Origin: a virus
Taxonomy: Duplodnaviria; Caudoviricetes
Reading direction: 5' to 3' (one strand)
DNA length: 54,793 nucleotides
IMG/VR virus record: IMGVR_UViG_3300012920_000001
Span: 1-54,793 of that record
The notes beneath the pieces are model-generated. The model was not told the DNA's origin. It made no database searches and saw only the letters and a list, made by a program, of their open reading frames with translations. Numbering within the stretch: the first letter of the stretch is position 1; the number at the start of each line of letters is the position of its first letter. This document shows positions 17,191 through 26,925 of the stretch, piece by piece. A program made the translations under genes and the position numbers.

Positions 17191-19316
17191 CAGTTTTCCC
17201 CTAACAGTGTTTTTTCTTCTTCAGTCAACTCAGCTTTCCGTCCCAGTGTTAGATCATCTGCCGTAGCTCTGTATTTTCCTTGATTTATTCTACTCAAACG
17301 ATCTCGCTTTTGATTGATGGTCTTGACCGTTTGGTTAATTAATTTTGCAATAATATCCCTTCGGAACCTAGCGTCTGGATACTCACCAGCACCCATCAAA
17401 TCAAAAAACGCTTGACGTTCACCATCCGACAATTGCGCTCCAAATGTATTTTTCAACTGTTTAACTGCAAATGATCCAATAATGTTCATGACCAATTTTG
17501 TATTTCTTTGTTCTTCGGTTAATCCTCTACCAGCTGCTTCTCTAGCCGCGATGGCAAACATAGCAGCTTTTGTTGACGGTCCAGCTGATTTGTTTACACT
17601 TAATGCTTTCCTTAATTGTTTAAGACCTTCTTGCAAATCTTTAATTCCGTCTTCGTCGGCCACCTTAATTTTCAAAATTTCTGGCGGTAAAGTTTGTTTA
17701 TCGAATTGAAATTTTGATTGTTTTAACAATAACTCTGCTGCTTTTTGATCTTTTTCTGAGATTGTTTTATACAATTCCAACATATAATTGCGGTAATCTT
17801 CCGCTTGTTTTGTCCTCTTATCTTGCAACGTGTCGTACTTATTTTTAGCTTGGGCTAATTTTGCCTTTGCTAACGTTATCTCCATATCTTGCGCTTTAGT
17901 TCTTGCCTCACGAGTATCTTTAGCAAAATCAGCTAGAACCGTTGGAACGTTTTCTAGAAATCCAAAACTTCTGGATTTGGTTGGCTGTGCAAATGCCGCA
18001 GCTAATTTAAAGTACAATTCAGCTTTATCTGGACCTGTTTGTCTTGCAGTAATAATGTCTTGAACCGTTTCGTTAAATTGCGTTTGTGCATCAGCAAAAC
18101 CACTTGCCGCTTGAACAGATTGATCGTATAAATTTTCTACCGTTGGAGCGGCTCGAACTAGCGTCTGTATCATTTCATCTGTGGTTGCTACTGGCGTTGG
18201 ATTTGAAACAGAAGTGGCATCGCCAACCATACCGACCCCTGATGTTTGTCCGAGTGCTTGCTCCGCAGTTAGAGGGCCACCCCCTTGTTGTTGCATTATG
18301 CTGTTTAAACCACCAAGTTGATAACCTTTAACTGGACCACCCGTTTTGTAGAATTGTCTTCCCTCTTGGAATCCGAAGTTTACAAAATGATCTTTGGCTG
18401 CTTGGGCAACGTAATCATCAACGGCTTGTGAACCGGGGCCAGAGGCACTTAAAACCGCTTGATATTCTGGTCTTGCCATGATGTTATCAAAAACATCCAG
18501 ATTTTTGGCAAGGTAAGCACCATATGCGGGTACATTAGCAATACTGCTTTCAGCAAATGGATCTACAGTTCTTGCCTGTTCTAAAGTATTTATACTGTCA
18601 TCTGGCAAGGGGTTTGCTATATTCGCGAGAACTTGCTCTTGTTGATTTGCAAAATCCTGAAAGGTTTGCGAAATATTACCTTGTGCGTCTACTGGATTAG
18701 TGTACGCATCTTCTGTCGTAGTTATAGGTCCAGTATACGGTGGATTAGGGTTAGGTCTATTTGGGAATCGCTCTGCAAAAGGTAAGGATCGATCAATGGG
18801 TGTGGGCGAGTAGTCTGGATTGCGTAAGATATTACCGTAGTAATTTCCTATTGTATCCATCACTGCCTGATTACCCGTATTTCTAATTCCTAAATTTTTA
18901 AACTCATCTTCAAATCGTCTGAGGAATTGTTGACGTTGAGCAAGGCTGAGTGGGTTATCCTCAGTAATCTTTGCATCAAGTCCGATGGCTTCAGTGCGTT
19001 CTTGGTCTGTCGGATCTCTGCCAAGGTATTGTTGATACATCTGCATATAACTCATTGGCTGAGGTGTCGTTTGTGTTTGAAATTGTGACCCAGCATACAT
19101 GGGTGCATTGCGTAGTCTTGATTGATATTGCGCTTGATATTGATCAAAGGCCCGTTGCTTTGCAGGGTCGAAAGTTATCTCTCCCGGTGTGGTTGTCACC
19201 TCTCCGGTTTCTTCGTCTATTACCTCAACATCTGGACCACGTTCACCCTCATAGGAAAGCATTGTAGGTGTAGCCAAACCATACTGTCTCATTAATTTGT
19301 TTAGTTCGAAGCCCAT
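17190..19316 (-). CDS. Putative internal virion / ejection protein with tandem YxxGG motifs
   Basis: Gln/Ala-rich helical protein; YKTGG and YQLGG at 18309-18350. Confidence 0.6.
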   Translation of the reverse strand: MGFELNKLMRQYGLATPTMLSYEGERGPDVEVIDEETGEVTTTPGEITFDPAKQRAFDQYQAQYQSRLRNAPMYAGSQFQTQTTPQPMSYMQMYQQYLGRDPTDQERTEAIGLDAKITEDNPLSLAQRQQFLRRFEDEFKNLGIRNTGNQAVMDTIGNYYGNILRNPDYSPTPIDRSLPFAERFPNRPNPNPPYTGPITTTEDAYTNPVDAQGNISQTFQDFANQQEQVLANIANPLPDDSINTLEQARTVDPFAESSIANVPAYGAYLAKNLDVFDNIMARPEYQAVLSASGPGSQAVDDYVAQAAKDHFVNFGFQEGRQFYKTGGPVKGYQLGGLNSIMQQQGGGPLTAEQALGQTSGVGMVGDATSVSNPTPVATTDEMIQTLVRAAPTVENLYDQSVQAASGFADAQTQFNETVQDIITARQTGPDKAELYFKLAAAFAQPTKSRSFGFLENVPTVLADFAKDTREARTKAQDMEITLAKAKLAQAKNKYDTLQDKRTKQAEDYRNYMLELYKTISEKDQKAAELLLKQSKFQFDKQTLPPEILKIKVADEDGIKDLQEGLKQLRKALSVNKSAGPSTKAAMFAIAAREAAGRGLTEEQRNTKLVMNIIGSFAVKQLKNTFGAQLSDGERQAFFDLMGAGEYPDARFRRDIIAKLINQTVKTINQKRDRLSRINQGKYRATADDLTLGRKAELTEEEKTLLGEN

Positions 19317-19332
19317 TATTTATTCCTTACGA

Positions 19333-20376
19333 TCAATTGCCTGCTAACTTTTGTAGACCTTTGTAAGTAGCCAAACCAGCCGCTATTTGTGACAATGGCG
19401 ATGGTGAGTAAGTCGCGCCCACTGATTGCCCTTGAGTTGTTGTTCGCTTCGGTGCAACCGGAGCTAATCCCCTGATTTGACTAGATAGAAAATCAGCTTG
19501 CTCTCGTGCGTAATTTTGTTGATCCAAAAATTGTTTTTCAGCTGCTGTAAGTTCTCGTTGTAATTGTTGTTGTTGACCAGCACCTGCTGCTTCAAGTGCT
19601 GCTGTGTCGGTGTATCCAAGTGCTTGCCTTTGTGCTCCAAGATTAGCCAAATCGGACAAGGCACCCATTTGCCGTGTTATGTCAGCTTGTTGTATGCCTG
19701 CTACCGTTTGACCGAGGTTAGCTTGTCTATTTAAATCTGCTGCTCGATTAGCCATTGCTTGAGCATATCCCGTGTTAGCTAATTCTGCTTGTTGAGCTAA
19801 AACTGCCTCTTGCGTGTCTCTTAACGCCCTAGCTCCAAAATCACCCATACGACTTGATCCAAATTGACCTGCTCTAATAAAAGCATCGCTTACTGCTGGC
19901 AATAAGTTTTCTTGTAAGTTACGAGCACCTTGTCTTGCAAGTTCGTCCATAACTTGTTGTTGATACGGATTATAATAATTGGAAACGTTTGTAGGTGTGT
20001 CTTCCGCTGCTTTCGTAAAATATGTTTGAGCGGCACCCAACCCAGTTTGGGTGTTAGTGGGTATAATCTCGCTTGGTGTTCCGGGTAATGGAGCTAAACC
20101 AGCTAGAGCACGGATACCCGCTGCCGATGCATCGAGGTCCGGTTGATACGCTCCTTGGGCTTCTTGTACTTGTCTGTAAGCTTGTTGTTGTAATGGTGAT
20201 AGTTCTGCTACCGTTGGTAAATCGTAACTCTCGAAAGGACGATTGGCTAAGTTTTGCGATATTTGTATTTGATTAAATATTGCATCTTGCATCCACCGTG
20301 GTGTTTCGGTAGTGGATGTTGTGTAAGACGTTGCGGTTTGTGGTGCTCCCTGAAATAAACTACCCATGTTAAGCAC
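19333..20376 (-). CDS. Putative DNA ejection/pilot protein
   Basis: Gln/Ala-rich; NPYQQQV, GQFGSSR, C-terminal glycine-rich helix. Confidence 0.6.
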   Translation of the reverse strand: MLNMGSLFQGAPQTATSYTTSTTETPRWMQDAIFNQIQISQNLANRPFESYDLPTVAELSPLQQQAYRQVQEAQGAYQPDLDASAAGIRALAGLAPLPGTPSEIIPTNTQTGLGAAQTYFTKAAEDTPTNVSNYYNPYQQQVMDELARQGARNLQENLLPAVSDAFIRAGQFGSSRMGDFGARALRDTQEAVLAQQAELANTGYAQAMANRAADLNRQANLGQTVAGIQQADITRQMGALSDLANLGAQRQALGYTDTAALEAAGAGQQQQLQRELTAAEKQFLDQQNYAREQADFLSSQIRGLAPVAPKRTTTQGQSVGATYSPSPLSQIAAGLATYKGLQKLAGN

Positions 20377-22198
20377 TCCTTCTCATGTACTCAAGAGGTG
20401 ATTTTGCGTCTGGGCTAAATCTACCTTTTGCTAAAACTTTACCTTTATGCATTCTAAGTTTTTTACGCATATCGTCTAACATTTTGGCCCCTGCGGCGTT
20501 ACTTCCGTCTCCTAACATTGATACTGACTCTGCATCTATAACATATTCTCCATCAGACAACCTAGCGTTTATGACATCATCCCTACCATTACCCGGACCA
20601 CTGACGTAACCGGGAGCGTCCATTATTCCACCTTCGGCAGCGTACATTGTGTCGTTATTCATATAATATTTACTTTGATCATTCATAAAAAATGGACTGC
20701 TTAAAAACTGCCCCAGTGTCATGCCACGTTGATTAGCCTCACCTCTGATTTTTACAAAATCATATTGATTTGTAGTTTTATCGAATATCCCATTTGTTTC
20801 TGCCATAGAAATATCCATTTGGTCTTGTTCACTCAGCCCACTAAGTGCAGCTAAACCTAACGCTCCTATCCCTAATTCCGTCATAGATAAATCATCTGGT
20901 AGTAAATTAGCTACTGGTTCAGGTAGCAAATTCCTTAATGCGGCAAATCCTTCCCCTTGTTGGGGTTGTGACACCTGACCTAATTCTTTTATATCCTCTG
21001 AGAAATCCATTCCACGACCATCGTCTGGAACAAAACGTTCTTCAGTTTGTAAAGAAGGTATATTAGCATACTCATCAGCAATTGTTCCTTCTGGAAATGT
21101 ATTCCTAGCTCCTAATGCTTGACTCAATGACCCTTCAACAAATCGGTTTGAAAAAATAGTTTCATCGTTAGCCAGTGGCATAGTTTCATATGCAAATACT
21201 GGCTCAGGAACGGCTGATACAAAAGGTGTTTCAGCCGAACTTAAATCGCTAGAAGCTACCGGACTTAAAGACGGTTTCATGTTACCACTCATCGCTGCAT
21301 TAGCTTGCATCTGATTGTTGACAAAGGTGCTGGCTCGTTGTGTCATATCTTGAACGAAAGGTTTCGCAAGCGACCCTATGGCCCCATATGCAGCACCACG
21401 GACAGGATCAGAACCCGTCAATGCTGACCCTAACGCTCCAGTGGCACCACCGCCTATCGCTCTTATAGCCGATTCGCTTAAATTCGGAAATTGTTGAGCT
21501 AAACTCTCGGAAATTCCCGGAGCAAATCCACCTAAACCACCAGATACAGCACCGACCAGAGGATCACCACCAGTGAGAAGAGATGTACCGCCACCTAGTA
21601 TTGCACCGCCAACTACACCTTGAGCTAACGCACTAGCACCACTCCCAAGAACGGCAGCACCGATAGTAGGTGCTAAGACGGGTGCCACAAAACTTAAAGC
21701 AATTGGAAGGGCAACTTTGAGAACATTTTTGAGACCTTTGTATTCTCGTAGTCCGGTGTTTGGGTTGACTGTTCCTTGACCACCCATCCTACGGAGCACC
21801 TCAGCCTCACGGTCATTGATGTGAGCTAATTGTCGGTCACCACCTTGGCCCATACGAGCCAACTGTTTACCGGATACTGCAAGTCCACCTCGTGCATAAC
21901 CTTGTTGTGCTAATCTTTCTTGCATTCCATACAAGACCACTAGAAGGCTTATAATGAGCACTTCATCAAATTGTGGGGGAAACATACCCTCATCTATTAA
22001 ACCGTCTTTTATAGCCGCCATACGGACTTCTGGGTACACTTCTGGGTTCTGCAATACATACTCAAGCATTTGTATAGCTTCAGTGAGATCCTCAGCCACC
22101 ATGTTGGTTCCGGATAATTGTTGTTCGATGACTGTAATCGTTTCTTGAAAACGTGGATCTTGCATTGCAATTGATAGGATTTGTTCTTTCATACTCAT
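20369..22198 (-). CDS. Putative internal virion protein with glycine-zipper segment
   Basis: YARGG..LAHIN..EA.VL..MGG.GT.NP.TGL.EY and YAAEGG..GPGNGRDD.I.ARLSDGEYV modules. Confidence 0.65.
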   Translation of the reverse strand: MSMKEQILSIAMQDPRFQETITVIEQQLSGTNMVAEDLTEAIQMLEYVLQNPEVYPEVRMAAIKDGLIDEGMFPPQFDEVLIISLLVVLYGMQERLAQQGYARGGLAVSGKQLARMGQGGDRQLAHINDREAEVLRRMGGQGTVNPNTGLREYKGLKNVLKVALPIALSFVAPVLAPTIGAAVLGSGASALAQGVVGGAILGGGTSLLTGGDPLVGAVSGGLGGFAPGISESLAQQFPNLSESAIRAIGGGATGALGSALTGSDPVRGAAYGAIGSLAKPFVQDMTQRASTFVNNQMQANAAMSGNMKPSLSPVASSDLSSAETPFVSAVPEPVFAYETMPLANDETIFSNRFVEGSLSQALGARNTFPEGTIADEYANIPSLQTEERFVPDDGRGMDFSEDIKELGQVSQPQQGEGFAALRNLLPEPVANLLPDDLSMTELGIGALGLAALSGLSEQDQMDISMAETNGIFDKTTNQYDFVKIRGEANQRGMTLGQFLSSPFFMNDQSKYYMNNDTMYAAEGGIMDAPGYVSGPGNGRDDVINARLSDGEYVIDAESVSMLGDGSNAAGAKMLDDMRKKLRMHKGKVLAKGRFSPDAKSPLEYMRRSA

Positions 22199-22647
22199 CG
22201 CGCAGTCCTCACATTACACCATCTGTGCGTATTATATTCATTCCGCAAAAACCCAAAGACCTCTAAATCTTCGTTATCGTCGTAGGCTTGTCTCATTGTA
22301 CCTTCGTGTTTAAACCCTAACCGTTCAACAAATCGTATAGACTTTTCGTTGTTATGACCAATCAAAGCTGTAGCCCGTGAGGCTTCGTGTATCTTGAATA
22401 TGTAAGTAAAAATAGCGTTGAACATCCGTAAAGTTTCTTTTGGAGATGCCCAATTACCGCCACGAGATGCAAACGATACATCTATGTTTCGAGGTGTAAA
22501 GTTGTTGAAAATTGCAGTGCATACGAATTTATCATTGTCATCAACTGCCGACATCGCACGAAAAAACTCAGGCTCATTTTTTAAACCTAGTAACGGTCTA
22601 GCCCACTTTTCCGCTAGTATTTCTTTTTCAAAGCCAATAAATCTCAT
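22195..22647 (-). CDS. GNAT-family acetyltransferase-like virion morphogenesis protein (start revised to ATG 22647)
   Basis: N.KSIRFVERLGFKHEG.MR motif; position between tail and ejection genes. Confidence 0.7.
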   Translation of the reverse strand: MRFIGFEKEILAEKWARPLLGLKNEPEFFRAMSAVDDNDKFVCTAIFNNFTPRNIDVSFASRGGNWASPKETLRMFNAIFTYIFKIHEASRATALIGHNNEKSIRFVERLGFKHEGTMRQAYDDNEDLEVFGFLRNEYNTHRWCNVRTAR

Positions 22648-22877
22648 AGCGTTGTCTGGACAAATCGTTCTGCCCACTCTCTCCAATCGTCATACATATA
22701 CGGGTCTGGAAAATCTTCAATCAAATTGGTTGCGTTCAGAAACTGTGTAGCCCAATCTTGCCACTTTGTTTCATCATCTAATGGGTCAAATGCGCCAAAG
22801 GCAATGAAGTCTGTAATTAGACAGTTTGCCCAATCTTTTAGACCGATACCCACTGGCAATGTAACACTTAACGCCAT
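22644..22877 (-). CDS. Hypothetical Trp-rich protein
   Basis: WQDWA...PDPY.YDDWREWA; coupled to neighbours. Confidence 0.7.
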   Translation of the reverse strand: MALSVTLPVGIGLKDWANCLITDFIAFGAFDPLDDETKWQDWATQFLNATNLIEDFPDPYMYDDWREWAERFVQTTL

Positions 22878-24721
22878 TATCCTAAATCCGTTCCGTCACC
22901 AACACCAAGGTGAGCTATTATCTGTCCCATTTGATAATCACCATATAAAGCGTTGGATTCAAATTTAACTCTCAATTCTCTACGTTGTTCTTTCAACATT
23001 ACTATTTGTTCAAAAGGTTGTGTGGCTTGATCAGGAAACGTGAACGTTGTACCCACAACTTCAGGTGCTCTCGCATTGGCTCTTCCGGTGACGGTTACTG
23101 TCATATCTCCTACTTGTACGAAGTCTGGTTCAATAGTCGTTATACGAAGATATCTGTCACCACCTTGTGTAAGTGTAGACAAATCTGCCGTTTCAAAGAA
23201 TGATCTTATCGGTGCAATGTCAGGACCGTCGATCTCATCCATACCAAACTCGTGTTGCCAAACTTTGTATCCAGTTCCAGATGCTGTCGTGGCTTGCACA
23301 ATACCTGTAAGTATTGGAGCTGCAAACGAGTTATTGAATTGACCCGCTGAACGTCCACCGTTCGGCAATTCTGTGTCGTACCATGTGTCTTCTCTAACGT
23401 TGTACACTACAGCGTGAGTGCATTCTGTAGCTGTACCCCGTGGATATGCCCACCAAATCTCACCGTACCGTGGCACCTTGTAGGCAAAACATTTACTTGC
23501 ATGGTCACGGTTCAAACCATCGAAAAAGTAATTGAGATTGAGGTTGTTTGGCACTTCTCGGACAACACCGTTGAACAAGTAAAAACGATCAGTTCCGATC
23601 CAGTAGAAAACTCCATCATAGTCAATTGGGCAAAATGGGCTGAGAATAGATGTTCCGGTAGCTACGATATCAAATTGAAATACGGCTGACCCACCAACAA
23701 ACGTGCTCCGTATAACAGCATCAAATGCCCAGAATATACCAGCTGGTGCCGTTCCAGAACCCGCACGTAACGGTAGACCTTTTATTATCTTCTGACCCCA
23801 TACTCTGGCGTTTCCGCTACCTGTTCCGGTCAAGTCTGTAGGCTCTCCGGGTACTGACCACCCAATAATACCGTCAGTGCCGTAGTAAAATAAATATGGA
23901 TGTAAACTAACAATCCCACCTGTAGCATTGGTATTTGCTGGCAGTGATATACTTTGCAGTGGGCCAGTACCAAGCACATCACCAAAAAATATTTGTCCGT
24001 CCTGATCGTTACAAATGCAATCCATATTTGGAGACACAGATGCTAGGATAAAATTTTGATTACTGCTTGATTCGAATTGAAAATCAAACATCCAAAAATT
24101 GTTTGCGTTTGCTATGACTGCATTTGATCCACCTTGCATATTTACAATTGTAGAAGTCAAAGTGGTGAGGGTAGTAGTAATTATAAATCCGTTAAACTCA
24201 TCGCCAGTTGTGGCTGACGTAATCGTAATTGTTGGTCCATTGGCACTGGCTGTATAATTTGGTGTGCTTGTAAACGCTGTAATGTTAGAAGCAACGTCTG
24301 TGGCTGTCTGATTTATATCAGTGTTGAAAGGTACAGAACCCGACATGATGTCCACACCATTTACAGCTATCATATCCACACTACCACCAGAACCAGCTAA
24401 GGTTACCGATCCTTGTGCTGCTACTGCTACGGGTGTTCTTGTGCTTACAATAGAGCTATTTCCGTTTTCATCTAGCGTGAATCTTTCAAGAGTATTAGCA
24501 CCGCCAGAATGACAATAGACGAGTAGTTGTTGACTAAAAGTAATAAATCCACGGCTAATCTCTGCTAATGTTTTGAGCGTTGTTTTGTATCCAGCAATCT
24601 TTCTAGGCAATCCACGCTGCCAACGAACCCACTGACCATCAACGTAGTTGTTACCTTCGAACTTTGTACCGTCACGTTTGATCCCCGGTTCAGAAACAAG
24701 TATCGTGGTTTGCTCTGCCAT
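22877..24721 (-). CDS. Tail tube/nozzle protein (P22 gp10 / tubular protein B-like)
   Basis: Beta-rich; GEIWWAYP, VVYNVREDTWY; podovirus synteny. Confidence 0.65.
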   Translation of the reverse strand: MAEQTTILVSEPGIKRDGTKFEGNNYVDGQWVRWQRGLPRKIAGYKTTLKTLAEISRGFITFSQQLLVYCHSGGANTLERFTLDENGNSSIVSTRTPVAVAAQGSVTLAGSGGSVDMIAVNGVDIMSGSVPFNTDINQTATDVASNITAFTSTPNYTASANGPTITITSATTGDEFNGFIITTTLTTLTSTIVNMQGGSNAVIANANNFWMFDFQFESSSNQNFILASVSPNMDCICNDQDGQIFFGDVLGTGPLQSISLPANTNATGGIVSLHPYLFYYGTDGIIGWSVPGEPTDLTGTGSGNARVWGQKIIKGLPLRAGSGTAPAGIFWAFDAVIRSTFVGGSAVFQFDIVATGTSILSPFCPIDYDGVFYWIGTDRFYLFNGVVREVPNNLNLNYFFDGLNRDHASKCFAYKVPRYGEIWWAYPRGTATECTHAVVYNVREDTWYDTELPNGGRSAGQFNNSFAAPILTGIVQATTASGTGYKVWQHEFGMDEIDGPDIAPIRSFFETADLSTLTQGGDRYLRITTIEPDFVQVGDMTVTVTGRANARAPEVVGTTFTFPDQATQPFEQIVMLKEQRRELRVKFESNALYGDYQMGQIIAHLGVGDGTDLG

Positions 24722-24723
24722 TC

Positions 24724-25917
24724 CTAGAATGTTCCACCGTTAAATTGATTTGGATATCCGATTGCGGTCCACGCATCTGTTTGCGTGCTTGATTGAAAAA
24801 CACTGATTCCTGTAGACCCACCACCTAGATTAATTAAAGCACCGCCAGCCGTGTTGGCTCCCGTTCCACCTTGTGCTATTGAAATTGGGAACGAAACTGT
24901 ACTGGTATCTGCATCTACTAAATCGGTGCCGTCACAATAAAATATGCCTCTCGTATTTTGTCCAATGGTGACACCCGTTTGACCAGAAACTTTTACGGTT
25001 AAAACGTAAGATCCTGTCGTGCTGTTATCAATCCAGTATTGTTGCACTGTCGCAGGTATTATTACGTTTCGAGCACCCGTAAGTGCTCCGGTAAATTTAT
25101 AAGCAACTCGATTAAGTTCAGTACCACTAAGTGTAAAATCACCAGAACCAGCAATGTTTATTGTGGTGTAATCAAATGCAAAAGTAGCACTTTGTCCGAA
25201 ACCAATGGTGAAAAAGTTAGCTCCATCTGTTACGATGATAGCTGACTCACCCGGTTGAAACGGTAAGTTAGCTGCACCATCAATTGTAACTGCTCCCGGA
25301 GGTGTTGCCGTTATTGCACCTGATCCAGAGTTTCTGAGGTAAACAAACCAGTTATCACCACCCGTTATTGGATCAGGCAATGTGTAAGTACCACCAGCCC
25401 CCGTGTAGTTAAACATTTTGGCTCGATCATCCACGCCACTTGTAAAGTTAGTATTGAACGTGGTAACTGGTACGGACTGCGATAATACCGTTCCGATAGC
25501 GACTATACCTGTACCAGCTAATGACGCTGCGTTGGCAGTTGATGTAGTGGCTCCGTATTGCAGAAATACCCATGTTCCATTTGTGGTGCTATTATCAGTC
25601 AGATATAATTGATAAACCTCACCTGCCGCAATTGATCCGAGTTGAACACCGCCAGCATTTTTTACAAGAAACGTGTGTGAGCCTATATTGTTAAATAATA
25701 TTGTATTACCAGTTCCGCTTTTTTGGGCATCCGGAACAATAATGCTAAAACCTGCACCCGTTTGTGTTACATCAATTATTCGCGTAGCTAAATTGGTGTT
25801 CGTTGAAGTCTCTTCAGGCCAACTCAGCGTGACATCAGCCGATAAGTTTTGAGTGCTATAACTAATTTCACTAGGATAAATGTTAGCACCGCCAAAAACG
25901 TCTTGATAAATAGGCAT
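24724..25917 (-). CDS. Tail structural protein
   Basis: Gly/Thr-rich beta repeats, IAQGGTGA fiber motif. Confidence 0.6.
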   Translation of the reverse strand: MPIYQDVFGGANIYPSEISYSTQNLSADVTLSWPEETSTNTNLATRIIDVTQTGAGFSIIVPDAQKSGTGNTILFNNIGSHTFLVKNAGGVQLGSIAAGEVYQLYLTDNSTTNGTWVFLQYGATTSTANAASLAGTGIVAIGTVLSQSVPVTTFNTNFTSGVDDRAKMFNYTGAGGTYTLPDPITGGDNWFVYLRNSGSGAITATPPGAVTIDGAANLPFQPGESAIIVTDGANFFTIGFGQSATFAFDYTTINIAGSGDFTLSGTELNRVAYKFTGALTGARNVIIPATVQQYWIDNSTTGSYVLTVKVSGQTGVTIGQNTRGIFYCDGTDLVDADTSTVSFPISIAQGGTGANTAGGALINLGGGSTGISVFQSSTQTDAWTAIGYPNQFNGGTF

Positions 25918-26549
25918 TATGCTTCACTCCTTTGTGCCGCACGATCAAGTATTCTTCCTAAGTCTTGACCGCTAAATGCTTGAGCACATCGGTCATATAG
26001 ACTTTGCCATAGCTGTACTCTCTCATCGTTTTTCAAAAATGGGGTTGCCTCAAGTAACGAAGCGTACAACACCAACTCCGGTGCGTAGTCCGTCAGCCAA
26101 TTACTTTGCAAGTTTGGACCTAGCAATGCAGGTTGTTCATAGTAAAGAATTTCCAATGTACTAGCTGCATTTGGTGTTGGAGCAATCAACCAATTAGCGT
26201 AATCGTAATCAGCATAGAATTGAGGTGATGCTGTTTGAGCTTCATTAGGCCAGTAATTACGAAGGTATTCATATGATCTTGTTTGTATTGGCGTTCCGTC
26301 TACCGTCATAGAAATCGTGTCACGCCATCTGTCTGGCTTGAGATAAGTGCTAACACCGATAGACAGGGGCGTTGTTATCGCTCGGATGAAACCTTCAATT
26401 TTGAGTTCACGAGCTATACGTCTCTCTGCTAACGTCACTAAACGTGGCAATTGATCAAAAACAATTTGATCACTAGCTTGTGTAAACCCACGCTCAAGAT
26501 ACCTGCGTATGTCCACTAACAAGCTATCATATGTCATTGTATAGCTCAT
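25917..26549 (-). CDS. Head-tail adaptor-like protein
   Basis: TY..L...I..YL.R, AERRI, APTP, NWL..AP...LYASL.EA pattern. Confidence 0.65.
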   Translation of the reverse strand: MSYTMTYDSLLVDIRRYLERGFTQASDQIVFDQLPRLVTLAERRIARELKIEGFIRAITTPLSIGVSTYLKPDRWRDTISMTVDGTPIQTRSYEYLRNYWPNEAQTASPQFYADYDYANWLIAPTPNAASTLEILYYEQPALLGPNLQSNWLTDYAPELVLYASLLEATPFLKNDERVQLWQSLYDRCAQAFSGQDLGRILDRAAQRSEA

Positions 26550-26559
26550 GGCTTAGTCC

Positions 26560-26925
26560 TTACTCTGAACTCTCTTCCGAGCTTTCCTCAGAACTTTCTG
26601 CCGCCGCTGCATTAGCCGCTTCAATTTCAGCTAATTGTGCTTCTCTCTCTGCATCAAGTTCTGCTTGAAGTACAGCGGGATCTTTCCAATCTGGGTTAGC
26701 TGTCCAAGTTGTTCCGTCGAACATATATTTGTTACCAGCCCATGTTTCAGATGGCCCCTCGATATTTTCGTACAATGTACAGTCATGCTTGCTATGACAA
26801 CCGACATAAAGATCAGGGTTATTTACTGGACCTATTGTAATTCTATCTTCTTCCATAAGAATCTGTTTGTCATCTTCGTAAAGAAATTTACTTAATTTTG
26901 TAGAATTTTCCACGATGGTTTTCAT
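26560..26925 (-). CDS. Putative tail fiber assembly/chaperone protein
   Basis: W.GNKY.FDGTTWTANPDW; follows the fiber cluster. Confidence 0.45.
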   Translation of the reverse strand: MKTIVENSTKLSKFLYEDDKQILMEEDRITIGPVNNPDLYVGCHSKHDCTLYENIEGPSETWAGNKYMFDGTTWTANPDWKDPAVLQAELDAEREAQLAEIEAANAAAAESSEESSEESSE

